Source of the DNA: Rhodospirillaceae bacterium
Lineage (GTDB): Bacteria; Pseudomonadota; Alphaproteobacteria; JAEUKQ01
Direction: 5' to 3'
Assembly (NCBI GenBank): GCA_016722635.1
Contig: JADKIX010000003.1
Span: 411,543-475,542 of the forward strand
DNA: 64,000 nucleotides
Below the pieces are notes generated by a model, which saw only the letters and a list, made by a program, of their open reading frames with translations, was not told the DNA's origin and made no database searches. Position 1 is the first letter of the stretch, and each line of letters starts with the position of its first letter. Of the stretch, positions 37,475-47,542 are shown one piece after another. The position numbers and the translations under genes were made by a program.

Positions 37475-39436
37475 ATGGTGGCAGAAATTGGCCTTTTCCT
37501 TCTGATCCTAGCTTTTTGCCTAAGCCTGATCCAAGCATCGGGAATGTGGGGCAAGCCAGCAGCCTGGCGTTCTTTTGCCTATAGCATTATTCCTGTCGTC
37601 ACCAAATTACAGTTTCTGTTTTTGCTGTTTTCTTTCCTGTGTTTGATCTATGTCCATGCCACTTCTGATTTCTCGGTGCTCAATGTGGCGGATAATTCTT
37701 CCTCAAAACAACCCCTGTTTTTCCGCATTAGCGGGGCTTGGGGTAATCATGAAGGTTCCATGATGTTATGGGTGGTGTTATTTTCTTTTTTCAGTTTTTG
37801 CCTGTCTTGGAAAATGGTCAATCTCCCCCTTGGTTTCCGTATTACCGTATTGAGTTGCCAAGGATTGATGGCAGCGCTTTTTTTGGCCTTCATCCTTTTT
37901 TCTTCGAACCCTTTTGAACGCCTATGGCCAGCGCCCTTACAGGGGGCTGAGCTTAATCCCCTGCTGCAAGATGCGGCTTTAGCCCTGCACCCCCCTACCC
38001 TTTACATGGGATATGTGGGTTTTTCAGTGGCGTTTTCTTTTGCTATTGCTGGCATGCTGCGGCGGAAAATTGACCAAGAATGGGCCAGTTGGCTAATGCC
38101 CTGGGTTCTTATCTCCTGGATTTTCTTAACCTTGGGGATTGGCGCTGGTAGCCATTGGGCGTATTACGAATTGGGATGGGGCGGCTGGTGGTTTTGGGAT
38201 GCTGTTGAAAATGCCTCGCTATTGCCCTGGCTTGCCGGAACCGCTTTGTTGCATTCCCTGCATGTTTTAGAAAAACGCGATGGTTTTAAAAGCTGGACGA
38301 TATTGCTGGCGATTATTTGTTTTTCCTTATGTCTGCTTGGAACGTTTTTAGTGCGCTCAGGCTTGGTCATTTCCGTCCATAGTTTTGCAACCGACCCCAG
38401 CCGCGGTATTTTCATTTTGGCCATATTATTCCTGACCATTGGCAGCGCCTTTTGGTTATATGCGCGCCGTGGGATGGTTTTTGAAGGATCTATCCATTTT
38501 CGCAATGCCAGTAGGGAAGCGGGTATTTTGCTGAATAACTTGTTATTATTGACGGCAATGGCAACGGTCTTAATCGGCACCTTATATCCGGTTGTTTTGG
38601 AAGCGATTGGGGCGCGCAGCTTAGCCGTCGGCCCACCTTATTATAACCAAACCTTTGTGCCTATATTCTTACTTTTATTAATTTTGATGGGTTTTGCACC
38701 TTTCTTACCTTGGAAAGGCGGCCATTGGCTGCCTGTGTTAAAACGGCTATTCGTTGCTTTATTCCTGACGATAATCATTACCCTGCTGATTTTCTGGTGG
38801 CTGGGCGGCAATTGGGTAAACATTATCAGTTTGGGATGCGGGATTTGGGTTATCACCTCAACCTTATCTTGGTTTATTAAGCGGCTGCGCGGAAGTAAAC
38901 CTGCCTTTTTCCTATCCCGTTTCCGTCATATCCCTTTATCAGATTATGCGATGTTGTTGGGACATCTGGGTTTAGGGATATTGGCGGCCAGTATTGCGGG
39001 GAACATGGCCTGGAAAATGGAAGTGGTGCAGGTTCTGGCACGCGGCGAACAAACGGCAATCGGCCCTTACCAAATCATTTTACAAGAAACCCGTCCATTC
39101 CAAGGCCCAAATTTCCAGGGCGAACGTCTGCAACTGGATGTCATCGAAAACGGCCGAAAAATCGCCTCGCTTTACCCCGAGAAAAGATATTTCCCGGTTA
39201 AAGAAATGGTAACTTCGGAAGCAGCCATTTTATCACGTGGCTGGCATGATTTATATGCAGCAATTGCCCAAGAAAATTATCCACAAGGAAAAGCGCGGAT
39301 ATGGATCTATATCAATCCGTTAATCGAGACTTTGTGGGGTGGGATTGGATTGATGATCAGCGGGGGAATTATTGGTTTGATTGCCGCAATCCGAAAAAAA
39401 AGGCGTTTTCTCAACCGCCCTACCCAGCTATCATGA
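37475..39436 (+). CDS. ccmF: Cytochrome c-type biogenesis protein CcmF
   Basis: 653-aa polytopic membrane protein with WGGWWFWD Trp-rich motifs. Confidence 0.9.
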   Translation: MVAEIGLFLLILAFCLSLIQASGMWGKPAAWRSFAYSIIPVVTKLQFLFLLFSFLCLIYVHATSDFSVLNVADNSSSKQPLFFRISGAWGNHEGSMMLWVVLFSFFSFCLSWKMVNLPLGFRITVLSCQGLMAALFLAFILFSSNPFERLWPAPLQGAELNPLLQDAALALHPPTLYMGYVGFSVAFSFAIAGMLRRKIDQEWASWLMPWVLISWIFLTLGIGAGSHWAYYELGWGGWWFWDAVENASLLPWLAGTALLHSLHVLEKRDGFKSWTILLAIICFSLCLLGTFLVRSGLVISVHSFATDPSRGIFILAILFLTIGSAFWLYARRGMVFEGSIHFRNASREAGILLNNLLLLTAMATVLIGTLYPVVLEAIGARSLAVGPPYYNQTFVPIFLLLLILMGFAPFLPWKGGHWLPVLKRLFVALFLTIIITLLIFWWLGGNWVNIISLGCGIWVITSTLSWFIKRLRGSKPAFFLSRFRHIPLSDYAMLLGHLGLGILAASIAGNMAWKMEVVQVLARGEQTAIGPYQIILQETRPFQGPNFQGERLQLDVIENGRKIASLYPEKRYFPVKEMVTSEAAILSRGWHDLYAAIAQENYPQGKARIWIYINPLIETLWGGIGLMISGGIIGLIAAIRKKRRFLNRPTQLS

Positions 39437-39510
39437 AGAATATAAATCCTTCTTAAAAAAATCTTGAGGATAAGGTATATCTAGATAACTTTAAAACCAC
39501 AGCAGGTCAC

Positions 39511-40047
39511 ATGCGATCACATTATTTCTTTTATCTTCCTTTAGCGCTTGTTTGTGTGCTGGCCGCTTATTTAGGCTTTGCTTTGTTAAAAAACATGCAG
39601 CCACAGCAAGAACCTTCAGAAATGCTGGGCAAGCTGGCACCTGATTTTTCCTTGCCTTCCCTATCCCAACCGGACAGGATGGTTTCTTTCAAAGATTTTG
39701 CGGGCAAACCGCTGATGATTAATTTTTTTGCATCCTGGTGTGCCCCATGCCGGGAAGAACATGCCTACCTGCTTTATTTAAGCAACCAGGAACATATTCC
39801 TATCGTTGGCATTGCCTATAAAGACAAGGCTGAAAATTCACGGGCTTTTTTAAAAACACTGGGCAACCCTTTCCAAGAGACCTTGTCCGATTATCAAGGC
39901 AGGGTGACAATCAATTTTGGCATTTCCGGTATCCCTGAGACATTTTTGATTAACCGTCAGGGAAAAATTGTTTTCCGGTATGCAGGCCCCCTCAATCAAG
40001 CAATTATCCAGGAAAAACTATTACCCTTATGGGAAAAAATAAAATAA
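39511..40047 (+). CDS. ccmG: Thiol:disulfide interchange protein CcmG/DsbE
   Basis: Thioredoxin fold with WCAPCREE. 178 aa. Confidence 0.85.
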   Translation: MRSHYFFYLPLALVCVLAAYLGFALLKNMQPQQEPSEMLGKLAPDFSLPSLSQPDRMVSFKDFAGKPLMINFFASWCAPCREEHAYLLYLSNQEHIPIVGIAYKDKAENSRAFLKTLGNPFQETLSDYQGRVTINFGISGIPETFLINRQGKIVFRYAGPLNQAIIQEKLLPLWEKIK

Positions 40048-40487
40048 TGAAATGGATCCCTGCGAAGACAACAAAAATATTGGCCAGCCTCTTGCTGTTT
40101 TTCCTGATACCCGTTCTATCTGTCATGGCCCAACAGGCGCCGGATGCTGCCAATAATTCCTTGCAACAACGCGCTTACAACTTATACAGCCAATTGCGCT
40201 GCCCGGTCTGTCAGGGCCAATCTTTGGCTGAATCGCCGGCGGAATTAGCGGGCGATATGCGAGCGTTGATATTAGAGCAGTTGCAAGCAGGTGATGATGA
40301 ACAAACGATCATCAATTTCTTAAAGGACCGTTATGGTGATACCATCTTATTCAATCCCCCCTTTAGCGGGCGGACGTATATTTTATGGTTATTGCCTTTT
40401 ATTATTTTATTAACAGGGTTATGGGTGGTGATCCGGCGCACCCAAAAAGCAAGCTCCCTTCCCGATCAAAGGCACTTGCATGAATAA
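40029..40487 (+). CDS. ccmH: Cytochrome c-type biogenesis protein CcmH (CycL)
   Basis: LRCPVCQGQSLAES motif. 152 aa. Confidence 0.85.
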   Translation: MGKNKIMKWIPAKTTKILASLLLFFLIPVLSVMAQQAPDAANNSLQQRAYNLYSQLRCPVCQGQSLAESPAELAGDMRALILEQLQAGDDEQTIINFLKDRYGDTILFNPPFSGRTYILWLLPFIILLTGLWVVIRRTQKASSLPDQRHLHE

Positions 40488-41181
40488 CACCTTTCTTTTT
40501 TGGGGGATCATGGTTGGTCTTCCCCTCCTCATCATGGCCGCATCTTTCGTGGCGGTCAGACGGCCGCGGATGGTACCTGCTGCTATTTCCAGCCCTTCCT
40601 TCAAGAACATTCCCCTCTATAGAAATGTTATGATTATTCTGTTGCTGGCAGTTTCAGGAAGTTTATACCTTTATTTAGGCCACCCTGATTTGGCAATAAC
40701 CCCTTCAGCACCCTCGGCAAACAGGCAGCTTGAGGCGTTAATTAAAGATTTAAAAATATATTTGCAGGAAAATCCTGGTGATATCCAAGCACTTTATTTG
40801 TTGGCTGACAGTTACCGCCGCTTGGGAGAATACCCCTTGGCCGAAGAATATTACAAAAAATTAGGGGAAGCCGCCTTGACTGCTCATATTCAATTGCCAG
40901 CAGAATATGATGCCATTTATGCGGAAATCCGAATTCGTATCCATGGGATTGCCGATCCTATTTCCCGTGGGCTTTTGCAAAAAGCCTTAACCCTGGAACC
41001 CGCCAACATCCGCGCCCGTTTTTATATGGCCTTGATCCATGCAGAAGATGGGGAAACACAATCTGCCCTTGATGAATTAAAAGAAATAAGGCAAGCAGTT
41101 CCTGCAGGCACCCCTTGGGCCCTTGCAATCGAAGAACAATTGCAAAAGCTGTCTTCTACCCCTGCCCCCTCAGCCGAATGA
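40480..41181 (+). CDS. ccmI: Cytochrome c-type biogenesis protein CcmI (CycH), TPR-containing
   Basis: Membrane-anchored TPR protein closing the ccm operon. 233 aa. Confidence 0.7.
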   Translation: MNNTFLFWGIMVGLPLLIMAASFVAVRRPRMVPAAISSPSFKNIPLYRNVMIILLLAVSGSLYLYLGHPDLAITPSAPSANRQLEALIKDLKIYLQENPGDIQALYLLADSYRRLGEYPLAEEYYKKLGEAALTAHIQLPAEYDAIYAEIRIRIHGIADPISRGLLQKALTLEPANIRARFYMALIHAEDGETQSALDELKEIRQAVPAGTPWALAIEEQLQKLSSTPAPSAE

Positions 41182-41268
41182 TCATTTTCCTAAAATATTT
41201 ACTTGCTTCTCATCCCTGGCTCATGCTTCAATCATCGCTAGAAAATGAAATTCCACCCATGGAAGCTG

Positions 41269-42045
41269 ATGAACAATAATCCCACCCTTATCGTTGAAAA
41301 TATCCATAAAAGTTTTGGGGACATTAAAGTCCTCAAAGGCATTTCTTTAACGGCCCGCCAAGGGGATGTGATTGCCCTAATCGGCAGCAGTGGTTCCGGT
41401 AAAAGCACTTTTTTACGGTGCATCAATATGCTGGAAATCCCTGATCAAGGGCAGATTACGGTGGATGGCGAACTGATCAAAATGCAGTATAACAGAAAAA
41501 AGGTTTATGAACCTTCCGACCGTTTGCAAGTGGATCGCATCCGAACAAAATTATCGATGGTTTTTCAAAATTTTAACCTTTGGGCCCATTTGACCATTTT
41601 GGAAAACGTCATCGAAGCCCCTGTCCACGTTTTGAAAAAACCGAAAGATACCGCCATATCAGAGGCAAAAGAATTGTTGGATAAAGTGGGTATTATCGAT
41701 AAAGCTTCTTATTACCCTAACCAACTCTCTGGCGGGCAACAACAACGGGCCGCCATCGCCCGCGCCTTGGCCATGAATCCCAAGGTTATGTTACTGGATG
41801 AGCCAACATCCGCCCTTGACCCAGAATTGGTTGGAGAAGTATTACGTGTTCTACAGCAATTGGCGCAGGAAGGACGCACGATGATTATTGTTACCCATGA
41901 AATGAAATTTGCCCGGGACGTTGCCTCACATGTTGTGTTTTTGGACAAAGGGAAAATTGAAGAAGAAGGCTCGCCCAAAAAAATCTTTTCTTCTCCGCAA
42001 TCAGAACGTTGCAGACAGTTCCTGGCTAGTGTAAAGTGGGAATAA
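41269..42045 (+). CDS. Polar amino-acid ABC transporter ATP-binding protein
   Basis: Walker A GSSGSGKST, signature LSGGQQQR, Walker B LLDEPTSALD. Start taken at MNNNPTL; the ORF track's upstream ATG is at 41245. Confidence 0.85.
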   Translation: MNNNPTLIVENIHKSFGDIKVLKGISLTARQGDVIALIGSSGSGKSTFLRCINMLEIPDQGQITVDGELIKMQYNRKKVYEPSDRLQVDRIRTKLSMVFQNFNLWAHLTILENVIEAPVHVLKKPKDTAISEAKELLDKVGIIDKASYYPNQLSGGQQQRAAIARALAMNPKVMLLDEPTSALDPELVGEVLRVLQQLAQEGRTMIIVTHEMKFARDVASHVVFLDKGKIEEEGSPKKIFSSPQSERCRQFLASVKWE

Positions 42046-42091
42046 TGATCCCTAATAATCCGATTTAAATAATGAAAGAAGGAGTTTATTC

Positions 42092-42964
42092 GTGAATAAA
42101 TTTTTGTTTTTTGTGGTGGTTATAGCCGCCGCTTTAGGAATTTACTTTTATTTGAACCCTGCTGAATATACTCGGGCGAAAATATGGTTAGGGATTGAAA
42201 GCCCCTCCTCTGTACTCACCCCGACCGAACCATCTGCCAATCCAACGGGATTGTTAAGTAAAAAAATTACGATTGCGACGGAAGGGGCTTATCCCCCTTT
42301 TAATTACACCGATCAAAACGGCCAATTGATTGGCTTTGAAATTGATCTGGCCAAGGCCCTATGCCAAAAAATGAATGTGGAATGCGTGATGGTGGGCCAA
42401 GATTGGGATGGCCTGATCCCTGCCTTGCAAAGCGGCAAATTCGACGCCATCATGGCCGGGATGTCGATCACACCGGAGCGGAAGCAACAAGTTGATTTCA
42501 GCAACAAATATATTAATACCCCCACCCGTTTTGTTGCCAAAAAAGGATCTGATTTTACCATTACTGCTGCAGGCTTAGCTGGCAAAAGGGTTGGGGCGCA
42601 ACGGGCGACCATCCATGAAGGTTTTTTGCGCCGCTTGTTCCCCCAGGCCACGATCGTTTTATATGATACATTGGAAAATGCCCATTTAGATATGGTCGGC
42701 GGCAGGTTGGATTTGATTTTAGCTGACAGTGTTGCGTTAAATGAGGGGTTTTTAAAAACAGTGGCAGGACAGAATTATGAATTTGTTGGCCCCAGTTATA
42801 CAGAACCCAAGGATATCCTTGGGGAAGGTGTTGGTATTGCCGTACGCAAAGGCGACATCAGCCTTTTAAAAGCCTTCAATCAAGCCATTGCCCAAGTTCG
42901 GGCAGATGGGACTTTTAAAAAAATCAACGACCGGTATTTTGATTTCGATGTCTATGGTAACTAA
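42092..42964 (+). CDS. Amino-acid ABC transporter periplasmic substrate-binding protein (Lys/Arg/Orn/His/octopine family)
   Basis: Signal peptide plus type-2 PBP fold motifs. 290 aa. Confidence 0.8.
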   Translation: MNKFLFFVVVIAAALGIYFYLNPAEYTRAKIWLGIESPSSVLTPTEPSANPTGLLSKKITIATEGAYPPFNYTDQNGQLIGFEIDLAKALCQKMNVECVMVGQDWDGLIPALQSGKFDAIMAGMSITPERKQQVDFSNKYINTPTRFVAKKGSDFTITAAGLAGKRVGAQRATIHEGFLRRLFPQATIVLYDTLENAHLDMVGGRLDLILADSVALNEGFLKTVAGQNYEFVGPSYTEPKDILGEGVGIAVRKGDISLLKAFNQAIAQVRADGTFKKINDRYFDFDVYGN

Positions 42965-43030
42965 TTAACGGGTGACTATCTTACGGGGAAGGAGTTAAAA
43001 CCTTCCCCTTTTTTCATGATATGTTGAATA

Positions 43031-43732
43031 ATGTTTAAAAATATTGCGGCCTACGGTTGGATGTTGATCGATGGGGTGATCTTAACCATCGAAATTGCCC
43101 TATTATCTTTTATGGTTGCCATTTTATTCGGTTTAATTGGCGCTTACGGAAAACTGGGCCGGTCACGAATCAATCGTTTTATTGCCAATTGCTACACCGT
43201 GATTATTCGGGGGATACCTGAATATGTATTGTTGCTTGTTTTATACTATCAAGGTGCCCAACTGATCCGTTTGATTGTGTCTTTATGGTCGGAACCACAG
43301 GGCTTTATCGAAATTAATTCCTTTATTGCTGGCTTCATCACCTTGGGTTTTGTTTACGGTGCCTATGCAACGGAAACGTTCCGGGGCGCCATTTTAGCGA
43401 TCCCCAAAGGTCAGGTGGAAGCTGCCTATGCTTGCGGGATGAGCCGTTGGTTGATGGCCCGCCGGATTTTAGTGCCGCAAATGTGGCGTTTTGCTTTACC
43501 AGCACTTGGGAATATTTGGCTAATTTTATTAAAATCCACCGCCATTATTTCGTTGATCGGCCTTGAAGAATTGACCCGCAAAAGCCGGATCGCTGGCGGC
43601 GCCACCCGCGATCAGCTATTATTCTTTGGGATAGCGGCCATCATGTATTTATTGCTGACGGTGGTTTCAACCTTTGTCATTAAATATTTGGAACACAAAA
43701 ATAATTATGAACGCAGAAAGCCAGGGATATAA
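43031..43732 (+). CDS. Amino-acid ABC transporter permease (HisQ-like)
   Basis: Permease EAA-type motif region and multiple TM segments. 233 aa. Confidence 0.8.
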   Translation: MFKNIAAYGWMLIDGVILTIEIALLSFMVAILFGLIGAYGKLGRSRINRFIANCYTVIIRGIPEYVLLLVLYYQGAQLIRLIVSLWSEPQGFIEINSFIAGFITLGFVYGAYATETFRGAILAIPKGQVEAAYACGMSRWLMARRILVPQMWRFALPALGNIWLILLKSTAIISLIGLEELTRKSRIAGGATRDQLLFFGIAAIMYLLLTVVSTFVIKYLEHKNNYERRKPGI

Positions 43733-44421
43733 TGGACTTTCAGCTGCTGCAACAATATTGGCCGGATTTATTAAAGGGCGCTTGGCTCACCGTCCAACTG
43801 GTGTCTTTATCGTTGTTGATTGGGTTTATCTTGGCGGCTTTGATCGCTTTAGCTGCTTTATCCCGTTACCGGATTTGCCGCTATGCGGCCCAGACATATA
43901 TTTTTATTTTTCGGGGCTCACCCCTATTGGTGCAGATATATCTGATTTATTATGGCAGCAGCCAAATCGGTTGGGTTCAGGATTCTTTTTTATGGGCAAT
44001 TTTAATTGATGCCTATTGGTGCGCCCTAATTGCCTTAACCCTTAACACCAGCGCTTACACCGCGGAAATTATTCGGGGCGCGATGGCCAATGTTCCCCAA
44101 GGGGCGATTGAGGCAGGTCAGGCATTCGGGATGTCCCGTTGGCTGTTACTGCGGCGGATTATATGGCCCCAAGCCTTCCGCCTGATGTTGCCCGCTTATT
44201 CCAATGAAGTCATTCAAATGCTGCATGCCAGTTCCCTGGTGGGGGCCATTACCTTGCTTGATTTAACAGCCGCCGCCCAAAATCTGATTAGCAGAACCTA
44301 TGCCAGCAACACTTTTTACTTAGCCATCGCTTTTATCTATTTAGCCACCACTTACTTGATCAGTGGGCTTTTCCGCCTGGCCGAAAAACGGTTATACCGC
44401 CATTTAAACCGATCTCAGTAA
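43732..44421 (+). CDS. Amino-acid ABC transporter permease (HisM-like)
   Basis: Second permease of the pair. 229 aa. Confidence 0.8.
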   Translation: MDFQLLQQYWPDLLKGAWLTVQLVSLSLLIGFILAALIALAALSRYRICRYAAQTYIFIFRGSPLLVQIYLIYYGSSQIGWVQDSFLWAILIDAYWCALIALTLNTSAYTAEIIRGAMANVPQGAIEAGQAFGMSRWLLLRRIIWPQAFRLMLPAYSNEVIQMLHASSLVGAITLLDLTAAAQNLISRTYASNTFYLAIAFIYLATTYLISGLFRLAEKRLYRHLNRSQ

Positions 44422-44473
44422 TCACAAGCAAGCAGCTTAAACGCAAAAAATAAACACCGGGCGGAGTTAATTA

Positions 44474-45388
44474 TCATAAACTGGCATAGGGACGGTTTAA
44501 CCCCTGATAACAAAGCTTCAAGGTATTATGCAAAAGAAAGGCAACGGTCATGGGGCCAACCCCGCCTGGCACAGGGGTAATGGCTTTAGCGTTTGGCAGT
44601 ACCTCCAAAAAAGCCACATCTCCTTGCAGGCTATAGCCTTTCTGTCCTGTGGGATCATCTATTTTATTAATCCCCACATCAATGACCACCGCACCATTTT
44701 TTACCCAATCCCCCCTGACCAACTGCGCATGCCCAGCAGCAGCCACGATAATATCCGCCTGCCTGCATTGGCCAGCCAAATCCACCGTATGCCGGTGTGC
44801 CATGGTTACCGTACAATTTTGCTGCAGCAACAACCAAGCCATTGGCCGCCCTACCAAGGCGGAACGTCCAATCACGACAGCCTTTTTACCCTCCAAGCCC
44901 TTCGGAAAAATTTGTTGCAGTAAATATAAACAACCGGCAGGCGTACAAGGTATGATGGAAGGTTGGCCGTTGGCTAAATGCCCCGCATTGATGCTATGCA
45001 ATCCATCCACATCCTTGGCAGGATCAATATGGTCAATGACGGTACGGACAGGTAAATGGGAAGGCAATGGCAATTGGATGAGAATGCCGTGGATGGCAGG
45101 GTCTGCATTCAATTGCCCAATCAATTGCAATAATTTGGTTAAACTGGTGGTAGCAGGCAAGCGAAAATCCTTGGATTTTATCCCGATTTTTTGTGCCTTT
45201 TGGGTCTTCATGCCTACATATAAAATACTAGCCGGATCATCGCCAACCAAAACCATCGCCAATCCAGGCGTTACTTTTTCTTTCTGCCCAAGCTCACGGA
45301 CTTGTGAAACAACAAGGTCCAGCAATTGTTGGGCATAAAATTTACCGTCAATAATCTTGGTAGATAAGGGGGGGGTGGAAACCGTCAT
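44474..45388 (-). CDS. folD: Bifunctional methylenetetrahydrofolate dehydrogenase / methenyl-THF cyclohydrolase
   Basis: 304 aa. Conserved FolD motifs (YVGMK, GRSALVGRPMA, PVPGGVGPMTVA). Confidence 0.9.
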   Translation of the reverse strand: MTVSTPPLSTKIIDGKFYAQQLLDLVVSQVRELGQKEKVTPGLAMVLVGDDPASILYVGMKTQKAQKIGIKSKDFRLPATTSLTKLLQLIGQLNADPAIHGILIQLPLPSHLPVRTVIDHIDPAKDVDGLHSINAGHLANGQPSIIPCTPAGCLYLLQQIFPKGLEGKKAVVIGRSALVGRPMAWLLLQQNCTVTMAHRHTVDLAGQCRQADIIVAAAGHAQLVRGDWVKNGAVVIDVGINKIDDPTGQKGYSLQGDVAFLEVLPNAKAITPVPGGVGPMTVAFLLHNTLKLCYQGLNRPYASL

Positions 45389-45693
45389 TCGATATCTTCT
45401 GTTCCTGCGGGGGCCAATAATTGCATGACATTTGTCTGATCACTCTTAATCAATATCGTTTTGTATTGATCTTTAGCGCCCTGTTCAAGGGTAATATTTT
45501 TCAAGGGAATCTTCAACTGAACACTTAAGAATTTTAGAACGACCTGATTGGCTTTTCCTTTTTCGGCAATAGCGGCCACCGATATTTTAAGCAATTTCAA
45601 ACCTTTATCCTGGGTGATCCACCCCATTATCCGGGTGCAGCGGGCGTTGGGGATAACCTTCACATAAAGCTTAATATATTCCTCTTTAATCAA
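45385..45693 (-). CDS. DUF167 (YggU) family protein
   Basis: 102 aa. Positioned between yggT and folD as in many proteobacteria. Confidence 0.6.
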   Translation of the reverse strand: MIKEEYIKLYVKVIPNARCTRIMGWITQDKGLKLLKISVAAIAEKGKANQVVLKFLSVQLKIPLKNITLEQGAKDQYKTILIKSDQTNVMQLLAPAGTEDIE

Positions 45694-45729
45694 CAGGTTA
45701 TCCTTCGCAACCGACTATTTAGTGATACC

Positions 45730-46026
45730 TTAAACCCTGAAAATCCACCCCAGCCAATATTCATACATCAAGCTGCGGATCAGATAGATGATCAGGAATA
45801 AGACAAGTGGCGACAAATCAACCCCTTGGATCGCCGGTAACAACCGCCGGATAGGACGCAATAAGGGCTCCGTGACCGCAAATAAAAAGTGAGTAATGCT
45901 GCGCACAAAATGATTGCGGGCATTGACGACATCAAAAACAATCAGCCAGCTTAAAACCGCACTGATAAGTAATATCCAGCCATAAACGTTTAACAGGGTA
46001 TCGACCAAGCGGAACAGGGAATACAT
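45730..46026 (-). CDS. YggT family membrane protein
   Basis: 98-aa two-TM protein with YggT-like sequence. Confidence 0.65.
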   Translation of the reverse strand: MYSLFRLVDTLLNVYGWILLISAVLSWLIVFDVVNARNHFVRSITHFLFAVTEPLLRPIRRLLPAIQGVDLSPLVLFLIIYLIRSLMYEYWLGWIFRV

Positions 46027-46397
46027 GCCTATTGAAGACCATTTTTAAAAATAAAATATTAAGGTGAAATACTAAGACAGCTTAACTATTTGGGCAAGAA
46101 CCAAAAGTTAGGATCAGGACTTTTATTGATCTGCCTAAAACTTACCTAGAAACAGTGCTTTTTTCATGGGCGTTGAATATTCAAGCTTTCACGGAACGTG
46201 ATAAGCGCAGAAATGTATAGTCATCAAACCATATCCTGCACCTGTTTTCTATCCCTCTTTTATGCCATGACTTTAATTATTTGACATGGCCACTTCTTGA
46301 AACCAGCAAACTTAGTTGTAAACTCCCTGCAGAAGGAGTACAATAGCCTGGTATGGTATTTATTGGCTAAAACCCTAGGCAAAACAAGGAGATAAAA

Positions 46398-46562
46398 ATG
46401 AAAAAGATACTATATCTTGCTATTATTCTTGCTGTTGCTTTGGTGGTTTTTTTCCGCTTCCATCCAGAAGAAGTGGAAAAAATGAAGAAATATTGTGATA
46501 AAATACGGAAGAAAGTATGGGTTGAGGTTGGTAAAAAACTGCTTAGCACTTTTCTTCGGTAA
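46398..46562 (+). CDS. Candidate 54-aa small membrane protein (MKKILYLAIILAVALVVFFRFHPEEVEKMKKYCDKIRKKVWVEVGKKLLSTFLR)
   Basis: Strong AAGGAGA RBS 7 nt upstream of the ATG. N-terminal TM helix. Followed by a rho-independent terminator. Replaces the ORF-track minus-strand ORF 46367-46549. Confidence 0.45.
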   Translation: MKKILYLAIILAVALVVFFRFHPEEVEKMKKYCDKIRKKVWVEVGKKLLSTFLR

Positions 46563-46596
46563 GATTTGATGAATATTCGCTAAATTCTACAAGGAT

Positions 46597-46634
46597 AACC
46601 CCAATCTAAGGATCTTAGGTTGGGGTTGTTTTTT
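46597..46634 (+). terminator. Rho-independent terminator after the small ORF
   Basis: AACCCCAA..CTTAGG / CCTAAG..TTGGGGTT stem followed by GTTTTTT. Confidence 0.6.
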
Positions 46635-46692
46635 AAGCGAAAATCTTGCCCTATATGTCTTGGAAAATTTCATTTGGATAGATACGGAAGAA

Positions 46693-46769
46693 TGGTGCGC
46701 CCGAAGAGACTCGAACTCCTAGCCTTCTGATTCGTAGTCAGATGCTCTATCCAATTGAGCTACGGGCGC
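46693..46769 (-). tRNA. tRNA-Arg (anticodon ACG)
   Basis: The reverse complement gives a 77-nt cloverleaf: GCGCCCG acceptor, anticodon loop CTACGAA, TTCGAGT T-loop, CCA end. Confidence 0.85.
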
Positions 46770-47005
46770 GCAATAACACCAAATGCAAAGGCTGTTTTAC
46801 ACGAGCGTTCTAAGAAAGGCAAGAACAGTTTATAAAAGAAATGTTCTTGATTTATTAAACCACCCATAAATCTAGTGATATCTTGGCATCTATAAACACA
46901 CATCTCACCAGATGCGCCCAAATAACAATCGATTGCTTTTTATGAAGGAATGAATTAGTGATAGGCTAATACTTTTTATCCCTTCAATACCCTTTTCGGT
47001 GCACC

Positions 47006-47503
47006 ATGAATCCAGTCAATAAATATTTTCCTGTTACCTGGGACGAATTCCACCGCCACACCAAGGCATTAGCTTGGCGTCTCGTCAACCAAGGCCCTAA
47101 CAACGGTCGCTGGACAGGGATTGTTGCGATCACGCGGGGCGGGCTGGTGCCAGCCGCTGTCATCGCGCGCGAGTTGGATATCCGGTTAATAGATACCGTT
47201 TGTATCGCCAGTTATGATGATGAAAAACAAGGGGGCCTAAAAATCTTAAAGCCCATTAAAGGCGATGGCAAAGGCTGGTTAATCATTGACGATTTGGTAG
47301 ATACCGGTAAGACCGCCAAAGCGATTCGCGCCATGTTGCCCCATGCCCATTTCGCTTGCATTTATGCCAAACCCGCCGGTCGCCCGTTGGTTGACAGTTT
47401 CGTCACGGAAGTCAGCCAAGACACCTGGATTTTGTTTCCCTGGGATATTGAACATCAAATGACCCAGCCGATTGCTGACCAAATCCCCGTTGATAAGCTT
47501 TAA
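47006..47503 (+). CDS. gpt: Xanthine-guanine phosphoribosyltransferase
   Basis: High similarity to Gpt across its length (VTWD...IIAVSRGGLVP...DTVCI.SYD...[15 protein letters not shown]...[11 protein letters not shown]...QDTWI.FPWD). Confidence 0.9.
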   Translation: MNPVNKYFPVTWDEFHRHTKALAWRLVNQGPNNGRWTGIVAITRGGLVPAAVIARELDIRLIDTVCIASYDDEKQGGLKILKPIKGDGKGWLIIDDLVDTGKTAKAIRAMLPHAHFACIYAKPAGRPLVDSFVTEVSQDTWILFPWDIEHQMTQPIADQIPVDKL

Positions 47504-47542
47504 GTCATTTTTTCATTGCGCCTGATTATATAGAAACAGGGC

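Noticed and set aside
46367-46549. ORF-track 60-aa ORF on the minus strand
   Set aside because: No RBS and a low-complexity sequence. The opposite strand encodes a better-supported 54-aa ORF with an AGGAG RBS and a terminator.
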